Shown: positions 25,862-38,503 of the stretch, one piece after another | Numbering within the stretch: position 1 is the first letter of the stretch | How the letters are laid out: the number at the start of each line of letters is the position of its first letter | Assembly: GCA_002269645.1 (NCBI GenBank) | Contig: NIVC01000422.1 | Span: 550,219 to 614,218, forward strand | Reading direction: 5' to 3' | DNA length: 64,000 nt | Origin: Macrostomum lignano | Lineage: Eukaryota | Notes under the pieces: model-generated | Seen by the model: the letters and a program-made list of their open reading frames with translations, nothing else | What the model was told of the DNA's origin: nothing | Databases searched by the model: none | Position numbers and translations under genes: made by a program

Positions 25862-28800
25862 ATGGAAGACTGCCTTGGCCGCACAGCCAGCCTAGAAGAG
25901 CTGCACCACGAAGTGGAAAGTCTGTTTCTGCGCGAGTTTGGCTGCAAACCAGACAGTGTTGTGTACGCGCCGGGCCGGGTGAACATCATTGGCGAGCACA
26001 CTGACTATAATGACGGGTTTGTGCTGCCGATGGCGCTGCCCCTGGTTACTATGATGGCTGGCAAACGAATTGAAAGCAATGTGGTAGGTTGGCGAAAACT
26101 TAGAAAAAGTCTTATAATTAAATGCAAAATTCATCATATTGCTGGTTGCAGTCCTTAAAAGGGCCGTTTTAATACAATCCATAGGTAGTGTTTCGAGTAG
26201 GCCGTAGCCCAGCGGCCCGGGCTCGATTCCAAGTGCAGTCACATTAATTTGGGGTTGAATTGGAATCTCGGCTTGGCTCTGCTCGTGTAATTAACGCCAT
26301 TGAGATGGGCCAACCCCCAAGGCACAGTGAAGTGTACATGCCTAACGATAAATAAATGGCTGCTGCGTACGTATCCACGCGCTTGTGTGCCTGCTCAGGG
26401 GAGTCTACGGAATGGGCAGTAATGCGCCTCGCCGGTTGTGTGACAATGTCGCTTAACCCTAGCCAGGGCGCACACAGCCCAATGCATCCAAGTTATATGC
26501 ATCCATCCTATTTGCCAGGTCAATGTTGTCACAGGCGGCAAAGACGTCACCACCCGCTTAACGCCCGGCTCGCCCAAGGACATCTGCGTCAGTTTTCCTG
26601 TGCCCGATCCTAAACAGGAACGACGCGACGGGGCTCAACGCATCCCGGACGTCGAGTGGGCCAACTATGTGAAAGGAGTGCTGGTCAATTATAAACGATT
26701 GTGCGGCGCGTTCAATTCGGCTATTGTCAGCACTGTGCCGCTTGGCGGGGGCCTGTCTTCGTCTGCCGCGCTCGAAGTTGCCACCTATACTCTGCTTGAG
26801 CAGCTGTTTCCTATCGATCATCCCGTGACGCCTGTGAGTGGAATTCAACTCGCATACCGGAGTGACATGATTGGTGTACCTCACTGACATGATTGATGTA
26901 TTGCAGGGTCATGATTGATGTATCGGAGAGACATGATTGATGTATCGGAGAGACATGATTGATGTATCGGAGAGACTTGATTGATGTATCGGAGAGACAT
27001 GATTGATGTATCAGAGAGACATGATTGATGTATCGGAGAGACATGATTGATGTATCGGAGAGACATGATTGATATATCGGAGAGACATGATTGATAAATC
27101 GGAGAGACATGATTGATGTATCGGAGAGACATGATTGATGTATCAGAGAGACATGATTGATGTATCGGAGAGACATGATTGATGTATCGGAGAGACATGA
27201 TTGATGTATCGGAGAGACATAATGGATGTATCGGAGAGACTTGATTGATGTATCGGAGAGACATGATTGATGTATCAGAGAGACATGATTGATGTATCGG
27301 AGAGACATGATTGATGTATCAGAGAGCCATAATTGATGTATTTCAGGGTCATGATTGATGTATCGGAGAGACATGATTGATGTATCGGAGAGACATGATT
27401 GATAAATCGGAGAGACATGATTGATGTATCGGAGAGACATGATTGATGTATCAGAGAGACATGATTGATGTATCAGAGAGACATGATTGATGTATCGGAG
27501 AGACATGATTGATGTATCAGAGAAACATGATTGATGTATCGGAGAGACATGATTGATATATCAGAGAGACATGATTGATATATCGGAGAGACATGATTGA
27601 TATATCGGAGAGACATGATTGATATATCGGAGAGACATGATTGATAAATCGGAGAGACATGATTGATGTATCGGAGAAACATGATTGATGTATCAGAGAG
27701 ACATGATTGATGTATCGGAGAGACATGATTGATGTATAGGAGAGACATGATTGATGTATCGGAGAGACATAATGGATGTATCGGAGAGACTTGATTGATG
27801 TATCGGAGAGACATGATTGATGTATCAGAGAGACATGATTGATGTATCGGAGAGACATGATTGATGTATTGCAGGGACATGATTGATGTATCGGAGAGAC
27901 ATGATTGATGTATCGGAGAGACATGATTGATGTATCGGAGAGACTTGATTGATGTATCGGAGAGACATGATTGATGTATCAGAGAGACATGATTGATGTA
28001 TCGGAGAGACATGATTGATGTATTGCAGGGACATGATTGATGTATCGGAGAGACATGATTGATGTATCGGAGAGACTTGATTGATGTATCGGAGAGACAT
28101 GATTGATGTATCAGAGAGACATGATTGATGTATTGCAGGGACATGATTGATGTATCGGAGAGACATGATTGATGTATCGGAGATACATGATTGATGTATT
28201 GGAGAGACATGATTGATGTATCGGAGAGACATGATTGATGTATCGGAGAGACATGATTGATGTATCGGAGAGACATGATTGATGTATCAGAGAGACATGA
28301 TTGATGTATCAGAGAGCCATAATTGATGTATTGCAGGGTCATGATTGATGTATCGGAGAGACATGATTGATGTATCGGAGAGACATGATTGATAAATCGG
28401 AGAGACATGATTGATGTATCGGAGAGACATTAGGTACAGCTGAGTGGTATTAAAAGTTAATTGACGTTAATTTGCACCAGAGTGAACTCAATGACACTCG
28501 CCGCAAACCGCTGCAGGTGGAGAAGGCCCTGGCCTGTCAGGAAGCTGAGCACGTGTACGCTAACGTTCCTTGCGGCATCATGGACCAGTTTGTCAGCGTC
28601 ATGGCCACAGAGAATCACCTGCTGTGCATCGACTGCGAGTCAATGCGAGTCACCCAGGTGCCGTTCCAGAATCCTCACGTGGTGGTGCTGATTACTAATT
28701 CAAATGTGCGCCACAATCTGGGCAGCAGCGAGTACCCTGTGAGGCGGCAGCAGTGCGAAGCTGCGAGCAAAGCCATGGGCAAGCGGTCTCTGCGACTGTG

Positions 28801-29891
28801 CACCTTGGAGGATCTGGAAGCTGCCGGCATTGAGGATGAGGTGAGTTCCACCGGGTACATCCTGCGATAGACACATGCAGACACGGCAGTGGACACATTG
28901 TGATATTCATTCAGACACAGCAATGGACACATCCCCACAGACATTCAGACAGCAATGGACACATCCCGACAGACATTCAGACACAACAGTGGACACATCC
29001 GGACAGAAATTTAGACACAGCAGTGGACAAATTTGGATAAACATGCAGACATACAGCGGACACGTTGTGACAGACATTCAGGCACAGCAGTGGACACATC
29101 CCATTAAACATGCAGGCACAGCAGTGGACACATCCCATTGAACATGCAGGCACAGCAGTGGACACATCCCATTAAACATGCAGGCACAGCAGTGGACACA
29201 TCCCATTAAACATGCAGACACAGCAGTGGACACATCCCATTAAACATGCAGACACAGCAGTGGACACATCCCATTAAACATGCAGGCACAGCAGTGGACA
29301 CATCCCATTAAACATGCAGACACAGCAGTGGACACATCCCATTAAACATGCAGGCACAGCAGTGGACACATCCCATTAAACATGCAGACACAGCAGTGGA
29401 CACATCCCATTAAACATGCAGGCACAGCAGTGGACACATCCCATTAAACATGCAGGCACAGCAGTGGACACATTAACAGCCATTAACATCACTCGCTGAT
29501 TTGCCCACCCCAGACCATCAAGCGCCGCGCTCATCACGTGATCAGCGAAAACGCCCGAGTCCAGCAGGCCATCGAGAGCTTGAAGACCACCGACTATTAC
29601 CGACTTGGCGCCCTCATGAACGAGTCGCACGCCAGCCTGCGCGAAGACTTCGCCGTCTCCTGCCCGGAGATCGACCTGCTGGTTGACATCGCCCAGAGGC
29701 AGCCGGGCGTGTATGGCAGCCGCATCACGGGCGGCGGCTTCGGCGGCTGCACCGTCACCCTGGTGAAGCGCAGTCACGTTGACGACCTGATGAAGGCCAT
29801 CTACGATGGCTACGCTTCGCCGGAACGTAGGCCGAACTTCTACGTGTGCAATGCATCTGGCGGGGCAGCGGTGTTCAATACTGGCACATGA
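25862..29891 (+). CDS. GALK1: Galactokinase; exons 25862-26083, 26519-26833, 28517-28840, 29514-29891
   Basis: Galactokinase signature [28 protein letters not shown]-binding loop [31 protein letters not shown] and [14 protein letters not shown]. All three introns are GT..AG and in frame. Confidence 0.97.
26200..26480 (+). mobile_element. SINE family A copy in GALK1 intron 1 (internal deletions)
   Basis: Collinear near-identity with 43531-43870 (GGCCGTAGCCCAGCGG, GCTCGATTCCAAGTGCAGTCACATTAATTTGGGG, GGAATGGGCAGTAATG..CGCCGGTTGTGTG). Confidence 0.85.
26885..28430 (+). repeat. 22-bp minisatellite GACATGATTGATGTATCGGAGA, GALK1 intron 2
   Basis: Tandem units. Confidence 0.97.
28870..29470 (+). 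repeat. 34-bp minisatellite CACAGCAGTGGACACATCCCATTAAACATGCAGG, GALK1 intron 3
   Basis: Tandem units, degenerate 5' and homogeneous 3'. Confidence 0.93.
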
Positions 29892-31761
29892 CTTTGACAT
29901 AATTCAATGCCTGAAGATTAGAAAGTCACAAGGGCCGCTCCTGTATACACACTGTGTGAGCGTGTGTGTGATTTTTTATTTATTTGACTAAATTGACACA
30001 TCATTATCCTGTAGTCTGTTTTGTTGTGTTCTGAATGTTTTTTATTGCGGTCATTTTTGGCGCACTCAGTTGACGTAGGAATATTTTTAAATTAATCAAT
30101 TATGATTTATAATGTTTCAATATTTCCACCCGATAATTTATCGTTGTTTATTTTTTGGTCGCAAGGCCTTGAAAAATTGCGGTTGTCTTCGAACTAGCAT
30201 TACCGTGCCCTTGTTAGTACCTTGGTAACATTCCTACATGTATGTTAATCGTTTTTATTCAATTAGCTTACTTTATAATTATAATGCTGTTTAGAAACTT
30301 TACTATTGAAATATACGAGTATTATGCCAAAGCTGTTTGTTAATTGAAGCTTTTGACAGCAAATACAGAATTAAGACGTGTTGATTGAAGCAGAATTCTT
30401 TAGTTTCAAAATCAGAATCAGTTTTCTACCTTATCAGATCTCATAATTTAGCGAGTTAGAATGTCACAAGAATTTGGTAGTGTTGTAACCGGTGGCTCCA
30501 ACTTAAAGCCTGAGTTGTAGCGTCGGATAGTTCGGGCTGCCACCAGTTCCTTCAGATCTCAGTCTGCGGTCAGGTGAGGGTGTGAGGGTCCCGTTGGAAC
30601 GAACTCAGCCTTTCTGAACAGGCGCTCCAAGGAAACTCGCTTGGAGTACTCCTGAAGAGCTTCAGCAATGAGAGTATTATGAAAATCTCGTTCCGGTGTC
30701 CATAGTCACCTGGTGCCATCTGTTGAAAGTCCATTACCGTAGCAAGTCTTTGTTAGCGAGTCGGCGAGTCCCTGGTAGCAGCTTCTATGTGTCTTAGTTT
30801 TAAAAAAAGACAAATTTGGTTTGCAGTACGCCCACTTCTCAGGGTCCCAGTCCTCAGGTTGAGAAATTTGCAGACAACAATGGAACTCAGCTCTGAATAG
30901 CAGCGCCCAGAATCATCGATTGATGGAGCCAGCCTGAGAGACGGAGTCACGCTTCTTTGGTAGGCTGCATCAAGTCTCCAGGCATTCTTAACAGCAGCTG
31001 TCGCTAAAGCAGGGTGCCCACCTTTCAACTCAAAAGGCTCCCTACCTACATGCAGTGTATTTGAAAGAAACTATGGTTTAGCTTTAGCAACTTTAGCAAC
31101 TTTAGCAACACTTTTGCAATAAAACTTTTTTGCTTGCATCCATTTTCGACTGCGCTGCTTCAAGTGAATACAGAGGAGCCTACATGCAGCTTCATATGTA
31201 GGAGTAAGTTCCCAGCGCAGAAACTCTTCACAATGCAGTTAAAGAGAGATTTCTAAAGCAACCTTTTCTTCAAGTTAAGGAAAAAACTCTGTATTGTTAG
31301 GCAGCCGTGGTCCCGCGCAAATGGAGAACAATGGAATTGCCGAGAAGCTTCGATCCCCAGAATATCGATTGATGAGGCGCCAAAGAGAAGCAGGCGGGTT
31401 TCTTGGAAAGCTCCGCAGTCGTGATTGGTCGGATTTAATATAGCTGGTATAATAGCTGGTTACAGCACTCATTTTCTACTGCTGTTATTTCTGTTATTTC
31501 CACCAAACAGGACAGATTTTTCAAGTCTATGGCAGAAACTCTCTAAATTTGGCGCACTTGACACAGGCAGAGATTGCTTGATTTGAATCAGACAGGAAAC
31601 AGACAGCAGTTCTTAGAAATATCGCAAAGTATGGCTCCGAAGTAGCAGTAGCAGATCGCAATGGGGAATATATACAGTAGCTGACAATTATTAATAACAA
31701 TAAAAACCATTTTATCAAACCGTATCACCTCATTTTTTATTACGTTCTGCAAGTCTACTGC

Positions 31762-33040
31762 TCTTCAAGTCTGCGAGAGCAGGTATCTCATCTATCTCAT
31801 TGTGCATTATCTCATCTTCAAGTCTGCGAGAGCAGGTATCTCATCTATCTCATTGTGCATTATCTCATCTTCAAGTCTGCGAGAGCAGGTATCTCATCTA
31901 TCTCATTGTGCATTATCTCATCTTCAAGTCTGCGAGAGCAGGTATCTCATCTATCTCATTGTGCATTATCTCATCTTCAAGTCTGCGAGAGCAGGTATCT
32001 CATCTATCTCATTGTGCATTATCTCATCTTCAAGTCTGCGAGAGCAGGTATCTCATCTATCTCATTGTGCATTATCTCATCTTCAATCTTGCGGGAGCAG
32101 GTATCTCATCTATCTCATTGTGCATTATCTCATCTTCAATCTTGCGGGAGCAGGTATCTCATCTATCTCATTGTGCATTATCTCATCTTCAAGTCTGCGA
32201 GAGCAGGTATCTCATCTATCTCATTGTGCATTATCTCATCTTCAATCTTGCGGGAGCAGGTATCTCATCTATCTCATTGTGCATTATCTCATCTTCAATC
32301 TTGCGGGAGCAGGTATCTCATCTATCTCATTGTGCATTATCTCATCTTCAATCTTGCGGGAGCAGGTATCTCATCTATCTCATTGTGCATTATCTCATCT
32401 TCAAGTCTGCGAGAGCAGGTATCTCATCTATCTCATTGTGCATTATCTCATCTTCAATCTTGCGGGAGCAGGTATCTCATCTATCTCATTGTGCATTATC
32501 TCATCTTCAATCTTGCGGGAGCAGGTATCTCATCTATCTCATTGTGCATTATCTCATCTTCAATCTTGCGGGAGCAGGTATCTCATCTATCTCATTGTGC
32601 ATTATCTCATCTTCAAGTCTGCGAGAGCAGGTATCTCATCTATCTCATTGTGCATTATCTCATCTTCAAGTCTGCGAGAGCAGGTATCTCATCTATCTCA
32701 TTGTGCATTATCTCATCTTCAAGTCTGCGAGAGCAGGTATCTCATCTATCTCATTGTGCATTATCTCATCTTCAAGTCTGCGAGAGCAGGTATCTCATCT
32801 ATCTCATTGTGCATTATCTCATCTTCAAGTCTGCGAGAGCAGGTATCTCATCTATCTCATTGTGCATTATCTCATCTTCAAGTCTGCGAGAGCAGGTATC
32901 TCATCTATCTCATTGTGCATTATCTCATCTTCAATCTTGCGGGAGCAGGTATCTCATCTATCTCATTGTGCATTATCTCATCTTCAATCTTGCGGGAGCA
33001 GGTATCTCATCTATCTCATTGTGCATTATCTCATCCTTAA
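31762..33040 (+). repeat. 53-bp satellite (~24 units, two variants AAGTCTGCGAGAGC / AATCTTGCGGGAGC)
   Basis: Period measured at 31767, 31820 and 31873. Confidence 0.97.
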
Positions 33041-34536
33041 GTCGGACGCTAATTTTGCTGCCGGCTAGATTTGAACATGATATATGACGGCTAAACCTTG
33101 AAACTCAACTTGAAAAGGCTTCACTAATGTTATTTTTAAACAGTGCTTATAGTTTTAGCGCAGAGCTAATTGCAAGTTCAAACGACTGGCACAGCTGTAG
33201 TTTAAAAGAAAATTTCCGTTTCCAGTAAATGCATAAAAGCTTCTGCCATGGGTCTCAGTTCTAATGAGAAATTTTCCAACTACAATGGAACTCATTTTCT
33301 GAGAATCATCTTTTGATGGAGCTGCCGGCGACTTGGGTTGTTCTGCGACTTAAGTGCACCTGACTTCCCACTCATTCTTGGCAGCAGCTCACTGAGGCAG
33401 GCCACCTCGCTCAACTCAAGGCTTGTCGCACACCTACGCAAAATCATTGATAGATGTTAAATCTTCTAGAAGTTGAGTATACAAAAAGTTTTATTCTAAG
33501 CCGACACCTTCCGTTGCATTTACTTTTATTCTGTACAGTTGAGGCTAATACCAAAAATTACTGCAAACAACGATGACATCCTGCATGCTTCTGCATGTGC
33601 TGCGAGCTGTTTATTGCAAGTGAAACTGCACTGCAAGTCGTTCTGTGGTGGCATCCTGAAGCAGTAGCTGCTGTGAGCACAACCGAGATGTGACTAAATT
33701 AGAGGTGTCAGCCAAACTATCACTAAATGTTGGCTCATACAGACACCTCCAATTCATGCATCATGTTGAGTATTTGCATGGCCTTGTTTCTTCGAGCACA
33801 CGTTGTCCAATTCGAAATTTAAAGAAACCTTGTAGCAAATTTAAGGCTTTTTTTCGGCAAGTCAAATAAAAAAATTTGTAGAAAAAAGTTTCACATTGTG
33901 AGATAGCTCTGTCTTTGGTCAAAGAAAGTTCTTAAACAAAGGAAAGCTATCACACCACGAGCCCTGATTAACCCTTGATCGATTCCGCTGGCGGCAAAAA
34001 AATTAATTGGACACGAAATTTGCCCGCGCCGGTCGATTGATTCATAACCACCAACAGCCAAGGCCAAACCCCAAGGCACACAGAGTGTGCTAATGTCTAA
34101 CGGTCTGGTGTCTGATGGAAAGTCAGAGCCGCTGTGGAATGGGCAGAACTGCCTCAGCGCTTGCTGTGATCGACGACGATAGCCGTCTTGCAATGATAAT
34201 TGTTAATTTTCCTGAAACTCCTGCAAAATAGAGCTCACAAATCATTTTCAGATAAAGCTCCTGAGCCACGAGGACAGCTGCCTGGGATTGGCTGCCTCTG
34301 CTCAGACCTTCTTCCACATCTAGTTGATTTAGTCTCTAGGAGTGGCAAGCGACTTCTCAGCTCCCAGAAACAAGAAGAAGCAAACGAATACTGCTTCCCG
34401 CCTGCCTGCAAGTGTATACACGAGTGGTATATGAGCAATTGATTTGGCATTTCGGTAGCCAAAGCTCTCAAGCATTTTATTTAAGAAGAATCGCAAAATA
34501 TCAAAACTGAAATCAAGCTGCGGGGTCTCTGCAAGC

Positions 34537-35945
34537 ATGGATGATAAAATTCTGTCTTTACAATTGCTTTTCTTATTCGGTAAGTGACTACCACCCTGAC
34601 TTAAAATGGGTTGGTTTGCTCAGTTATTCAATGCATGCTGTGTATTACTGACCGCGCATTGCCCCAACGCAGTTTGCTGCTCTCTCGTGCTTCGAGTACG
34701 AGGCGCCAGTTTGCGGACCTATTCTGTGTGCTCAGAGCAGCAGCTTCACATGCTGGAAGCCGTTCTGAACGCCTACAACAACGTCACGACAACAACCAAG
34801 GCCACTACTGCAATATAGACTGTCTAGCAAAGTGCCAGAGGGTGAGCTGCAGCGCTGCCGTCTCGGTGGAGAGCAATGCCACGTGCGAGATGGTCACCAT
34901 AGCAACCGCCAAGCTGTCAATCTCAGTAGATCAGGTGCAGCAAGTCATCGGATCTCAGGTCGGTGCGAAGGTGTGGAAGGCGGACGACAGCGACTGGCCT
35001 TCGCCTGCAGTGCAGCTTCGGAGTGAGTCATCAATAACATTCTTAGTCCTGTGTGGTTATCATGATTTTGGCTCAGACAGAAATTGCACTCACTCCAGTT
35101 TTGTAACTCGCTGACGCTGCTCCATTGCAGACAGCAGCACAGGCAGAAACGGCTCAATCCAAAGCGTCCTCATCAACACGACCGGCTGCTACCTGATCAG
35201 AGCTGCCGGAGCCAGAGGTGGCGGAAACTTACTGACGAACAAATCCGGAGGACAGGGAGCCCAGGTGAGCGCCAGAGTCAACCTGACAGCCGGCACCCAG
35301 CTGAGCATCGTTGTGGGCCAGATGGGCGGCTCGACCTCATTGGATATCGAAGGAGGCGGCGGAGGCGGCGGCAGCTTTGTGTACCGGACGGGTGACTATC
35401 TGTTGCTGCTGGCTGCCGGCGGAGGCATTTGGATCAGCAGTTCGTTATATTTCACCGTAGGAAAACCGGGAGAGACTGGGAGAAACGGTTCCGACAGCCT
35501 GGGTAGCTACGCCATCTACACGAGATTCGGCGGCACCAACGGTCAGCCGGGCTTCAACAGCCCCGCTGACACCCCAAACAAAAGCAACCACGGCGGCTGC
35601 GGCGCCGGCTGGCTCGGCAGGGCCGTCAGCCCCAGGCGGAGCTCCTCGGACGGAGAGAGAGGCGGCAGTCTGGCCGACGGCTGGGTCGGCGGCAGCGCCG
35701 GAGACGGCAGCGTCTGCCATGGAGGCTTCGGCGGAGGCGGCGGAGGCGGCAGCAGCTCACTGAAAGGCGCCCCTGGAGCCGGCGGCGGCTTCAGCGGCGG
35801 CGGAGCCGGACTGAGCTACGGCCACATCGGCGGCGGTGGCGGCTCCTTCTGCAGGGGCGGCTGCGTGTTCGGCGGCACCTGGACCGGCGACCAGGGCTTC
35901 GTGTCCGTCCTTCTGGAGTCGGCCGCCTGTGACTCGGGCACCTGA
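34537..35945 (+). pseudogene. PAN-like + ALK/LTK-type glycine-rich protein, copy 1 (frameshifted; intron 3 partly deleted)
   Basis: Exons 34537-34579, 34673-35022 (350 nt vs 348 in intact copies, giving TAG at 34816-34818) and 35131-35945. The donor of intron 3 is deleted and the intron tail is read in frame (IWISSSLYFTV). Confidence 0.75.
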
Positions 35946-36679
35946 TGCCACTGCGCTTGTTGAAGTGGGGCTTGGCCAGTAATATTTTAACTTTGACGGT
36001 CACTGTTTAGGATATTCACAACCCTTAATCTGATTAGAACGCTCTTGTATATGTAATCAATATATACATTATGCTGTTGAACCAATAAATCAGTTTCAGT
36101 ACATCAATTCGCAGAACTTTGAATTCAAACATATTTGCAAAATACTACTGCTTGGGATGAGAACATTGTGACTAGTGCTGCACTTCAGAGTTTAGTTGAG
36201 TAGTATGTGTAACTACTCACCAACTTCTCATCACTAGTAGTGTATGCGCATTTTAAAGTGCATAGCTTGAAACCCAAGCGATTTCAAGGCGAATCGTTGT
36301 GACTTTCACTCAAGATTTGTTAGATTTCTAATCAGCTTCGCTTGCATGCTTAAAAACCATTTTGCTGTTTTCTTCCTGAAATCACGTCAAACTGAACTGT
36401 TTTTTAACTGATTCTTGAATCTTTAACTGCCACTGATTTTGCACTCCGACAACTCAAAAGGTTTTCAATTGCGGCTAATTTCAAACTAATATATACTGAA
36501 AGAACTCGTATGTCCCATGCAAGCCGCTCGTCTTTTTTTCCTACCAGAGGATTTCTGGAGGTATTTTTAGACGAGCGGAATAAATTTGTGTGCTCAGCTG
36601 TCTTTTAGTGCCTGCTTTTGGCTTCTAAACGGAAAGCTCTATGAATATCAATCTTCTCTCACTACAAAAATGAACTGCG

Positions 36680-37625
36680 TGTCTGTGTTTCTGTGTGGCT
36701 ATGTGTCTGTGTGTCTGTGTTTCTGTGTTTCTGTGTTTCTGTGTGTCTGTGTGTCTGTGTGTCTGTGTGTCTGTGTGTCTGTGTTTCTGTGTGTCTGTGT
36801 GTCTGTGTTTCTGTGTGTCTGTGTGTCTGTGTGTCTGTGTGTCTGTGTGTCTGTGTGTCTGTGTTTCTGTGTTTCTGTGTGTCTGTGTGTCTGTGGGTCT
36901 GTGTTTCTGTGTGTCTGTGTGTCTGTGTGTCTGTGTGTCTGTGTGTCTGTGTTTCTGTGTTTCTGTGTGTCTGTGTGTCTGTGTCTGTGTTTCTGTGTGT
37001 CTGTGTGTCTGTGTGTCTGTGTGTCTGTGTGTCTGTGTGTCTGTGTTTCTGTGTGTCTGTGTGTCTGTGTTTCTGTGTGTCTGTGTGTCTGTGTTTCTGT
37101 GTGTCTGTGTGTCTGTGTGTCTGTGTGTCTGTGTTTCTGTGTGTCTGTGTGTCTGTGTTTCTGTGTGTCTGTGTGTCTGTGTGTCTGTGTGTCTGTGTGT
37201 CTGTGTGTCTGTGTTTCTGTGTTTCTGTGTGTCTGTGTGTCTGTGGGTCTGTGTTTCTGTGTGTCTGTGTTTCTGTGTGTCTGTGTTTCTGTGTGTCTGT
37301 GTGTCTGTGTTTCTGTGTGTCTGTGTGTCTGTGTGTCTGTGTGTCTGTGTGTCTGTGTGTCTGTGTGTCTGTGTTTCTGTGTGTCTGTGTGTCTGTGTTT
37401 CTGTGTGTCTGTGTGTCTGTGTGTCTGTGTGTCTGTGTGTCTGTGTGTCTGTGTTTCTGTGTTTCTGTGTGTCTGTGTGTCTGTGGGTCTGTGTTTCTGT
37501 GTGTCTGTGTGTCTGTGTGTCTGTGTGTCTGTGTGTCTGTGTGTCTGTGTTTCTGTGTTTCTGTGTGTCTGTGTGTCTGTGTGTCTGTGTGTCTGTGTTT
37601 CTGTGTGTCTGTGTGTCTGTGTGCG
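36680..37625 (+). repeat. (CTGTGTGT)n / (CTGTGTTT) 8-bp satellite
   Basis: Direct reading. Confidence 0.97.
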
Positions 37626-38013
37626 TGGGTGCTACATACAGTACTCGCGCGTAAATTATTGACGCACATCAATGTGCTCAAAAGTCATCGGAATGGGCAG
37701 AATTGGCTCAGCGCTTGTGTGGGAACTACGGCTGCCCTTGGGCAATAATAAAAATTACTGTTTAAGAAACTCCAGCGCTTAATAATCATCGGTAGGTAAA
37801 GCTCCTGAGCGATAAGGGCAGCTTATGTCTGAGATTGGTCGTCCTCTTAGCCGTCCGCTGCTCAGACCTTCTTCCACACCTACTTGTATTAGTCTCTAGA
37901 GTAGCAAACAACTTCTCAGCTTCCAGAGGAAAAGTATATACACTTCTGATATGATAAAATTGATTTGGTATTTCATCACTAAAAAGACAGGTAGAAAAGC
38001 TATCAATCGAGCC

Positions 38014-38425
38014 TTTTATTTGTGTTGGTTTGTGACTGGTCTTGACTAGTCAATAGCCAGTTTTAAAGCCCACTCCTCTGCCCGCCTTGTGTCGCCTTGC
38101 GTACTTTCTCTCTCCTTCTGTTCGCTCTGTGTGGGTGGTGCTTTGGCTCTGCGTGTGTGGGGTGGTGGCCTGGTGGGGTGGGCTTTAGCCTCTGCGCCGT
38201 CGCCCCTTTTATTGGCGTCTCGCTCAGTTGACTCAGCGTTTTTGGCTGCCTGCGTGAGCTCAATTTTTTTTCTTTAAAGTTTTATTTTTCCAATTTTCTT
38301 GCATCGCTGTTTGCTTTCGTAATGCAAAATACACTTTTGATTCGAGCTGTTGCTCTTATGGGGTTGCTTCCGCGCATCCCCTTTCGTGCCAATGCTGCTT
38401 TTGATTCTTCTTTTGGGTTTAAAAA
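38014..38425 (+). mobile_element. Solo copy of the terminal repeat of the 58.7-61.4 kb insertion
   Basis: Reverse-complement homology to 58677-59040. It interrupts the conserved flank motif TTTTATTT^AAGAAGAA upstream of the orphan exon 1. Confidence 0.65.
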
Positions 38426-38462
38426 GAAGAAATGCAAGACATTGAAGACTATCGCTGCAAGC

Positions 38463-38503
38463 ATGACTGATCAAGTTCTGTCTTTACAATTGCTTCTCTT
38501 CAG
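38463..38503 (+). pseudogene. Orphan signal-peptide exon 1 of the glycine-rich gene family
   Basis: ATGACTGATCAAGTTCTGTCTTTACAATTGCTT (MTDQVLSLQLLLF) with the family's upstream flank, but no GTAAG donor and no downstream exons. Confidence 0.6.

Noticed and set aside
5344-29900. Many periodic ORFs on both strands (e.g. 14308-15313, 16444-17471, 20156-22130, 26811-28408)
   Set aside because: They coincide with intronic or intergenic minisatellites and have no homology or sensible gene structure.
29930-29970. Short match to SINE family A after the GALK1 stop
   Set aside because: Only ~35 bp with mismatches, too short to call.
1195-33040. CRISPR-like arrays
   Set aside because: Units are head-to-tail with no unique spacers, there are no cas genes, and the context is eukaryotic.
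31800-33087. Three ~410-aa ORFs
   Set aside because: They are translations of a stop-free 53-bp satellite, open in all three + frames, so not a gene.
36586-37748. Cys/Val-rich and His/Thr-rich 320-360 aa ORFs
   Set aside because: Translations of the (CTGTGTGT)n repeat.
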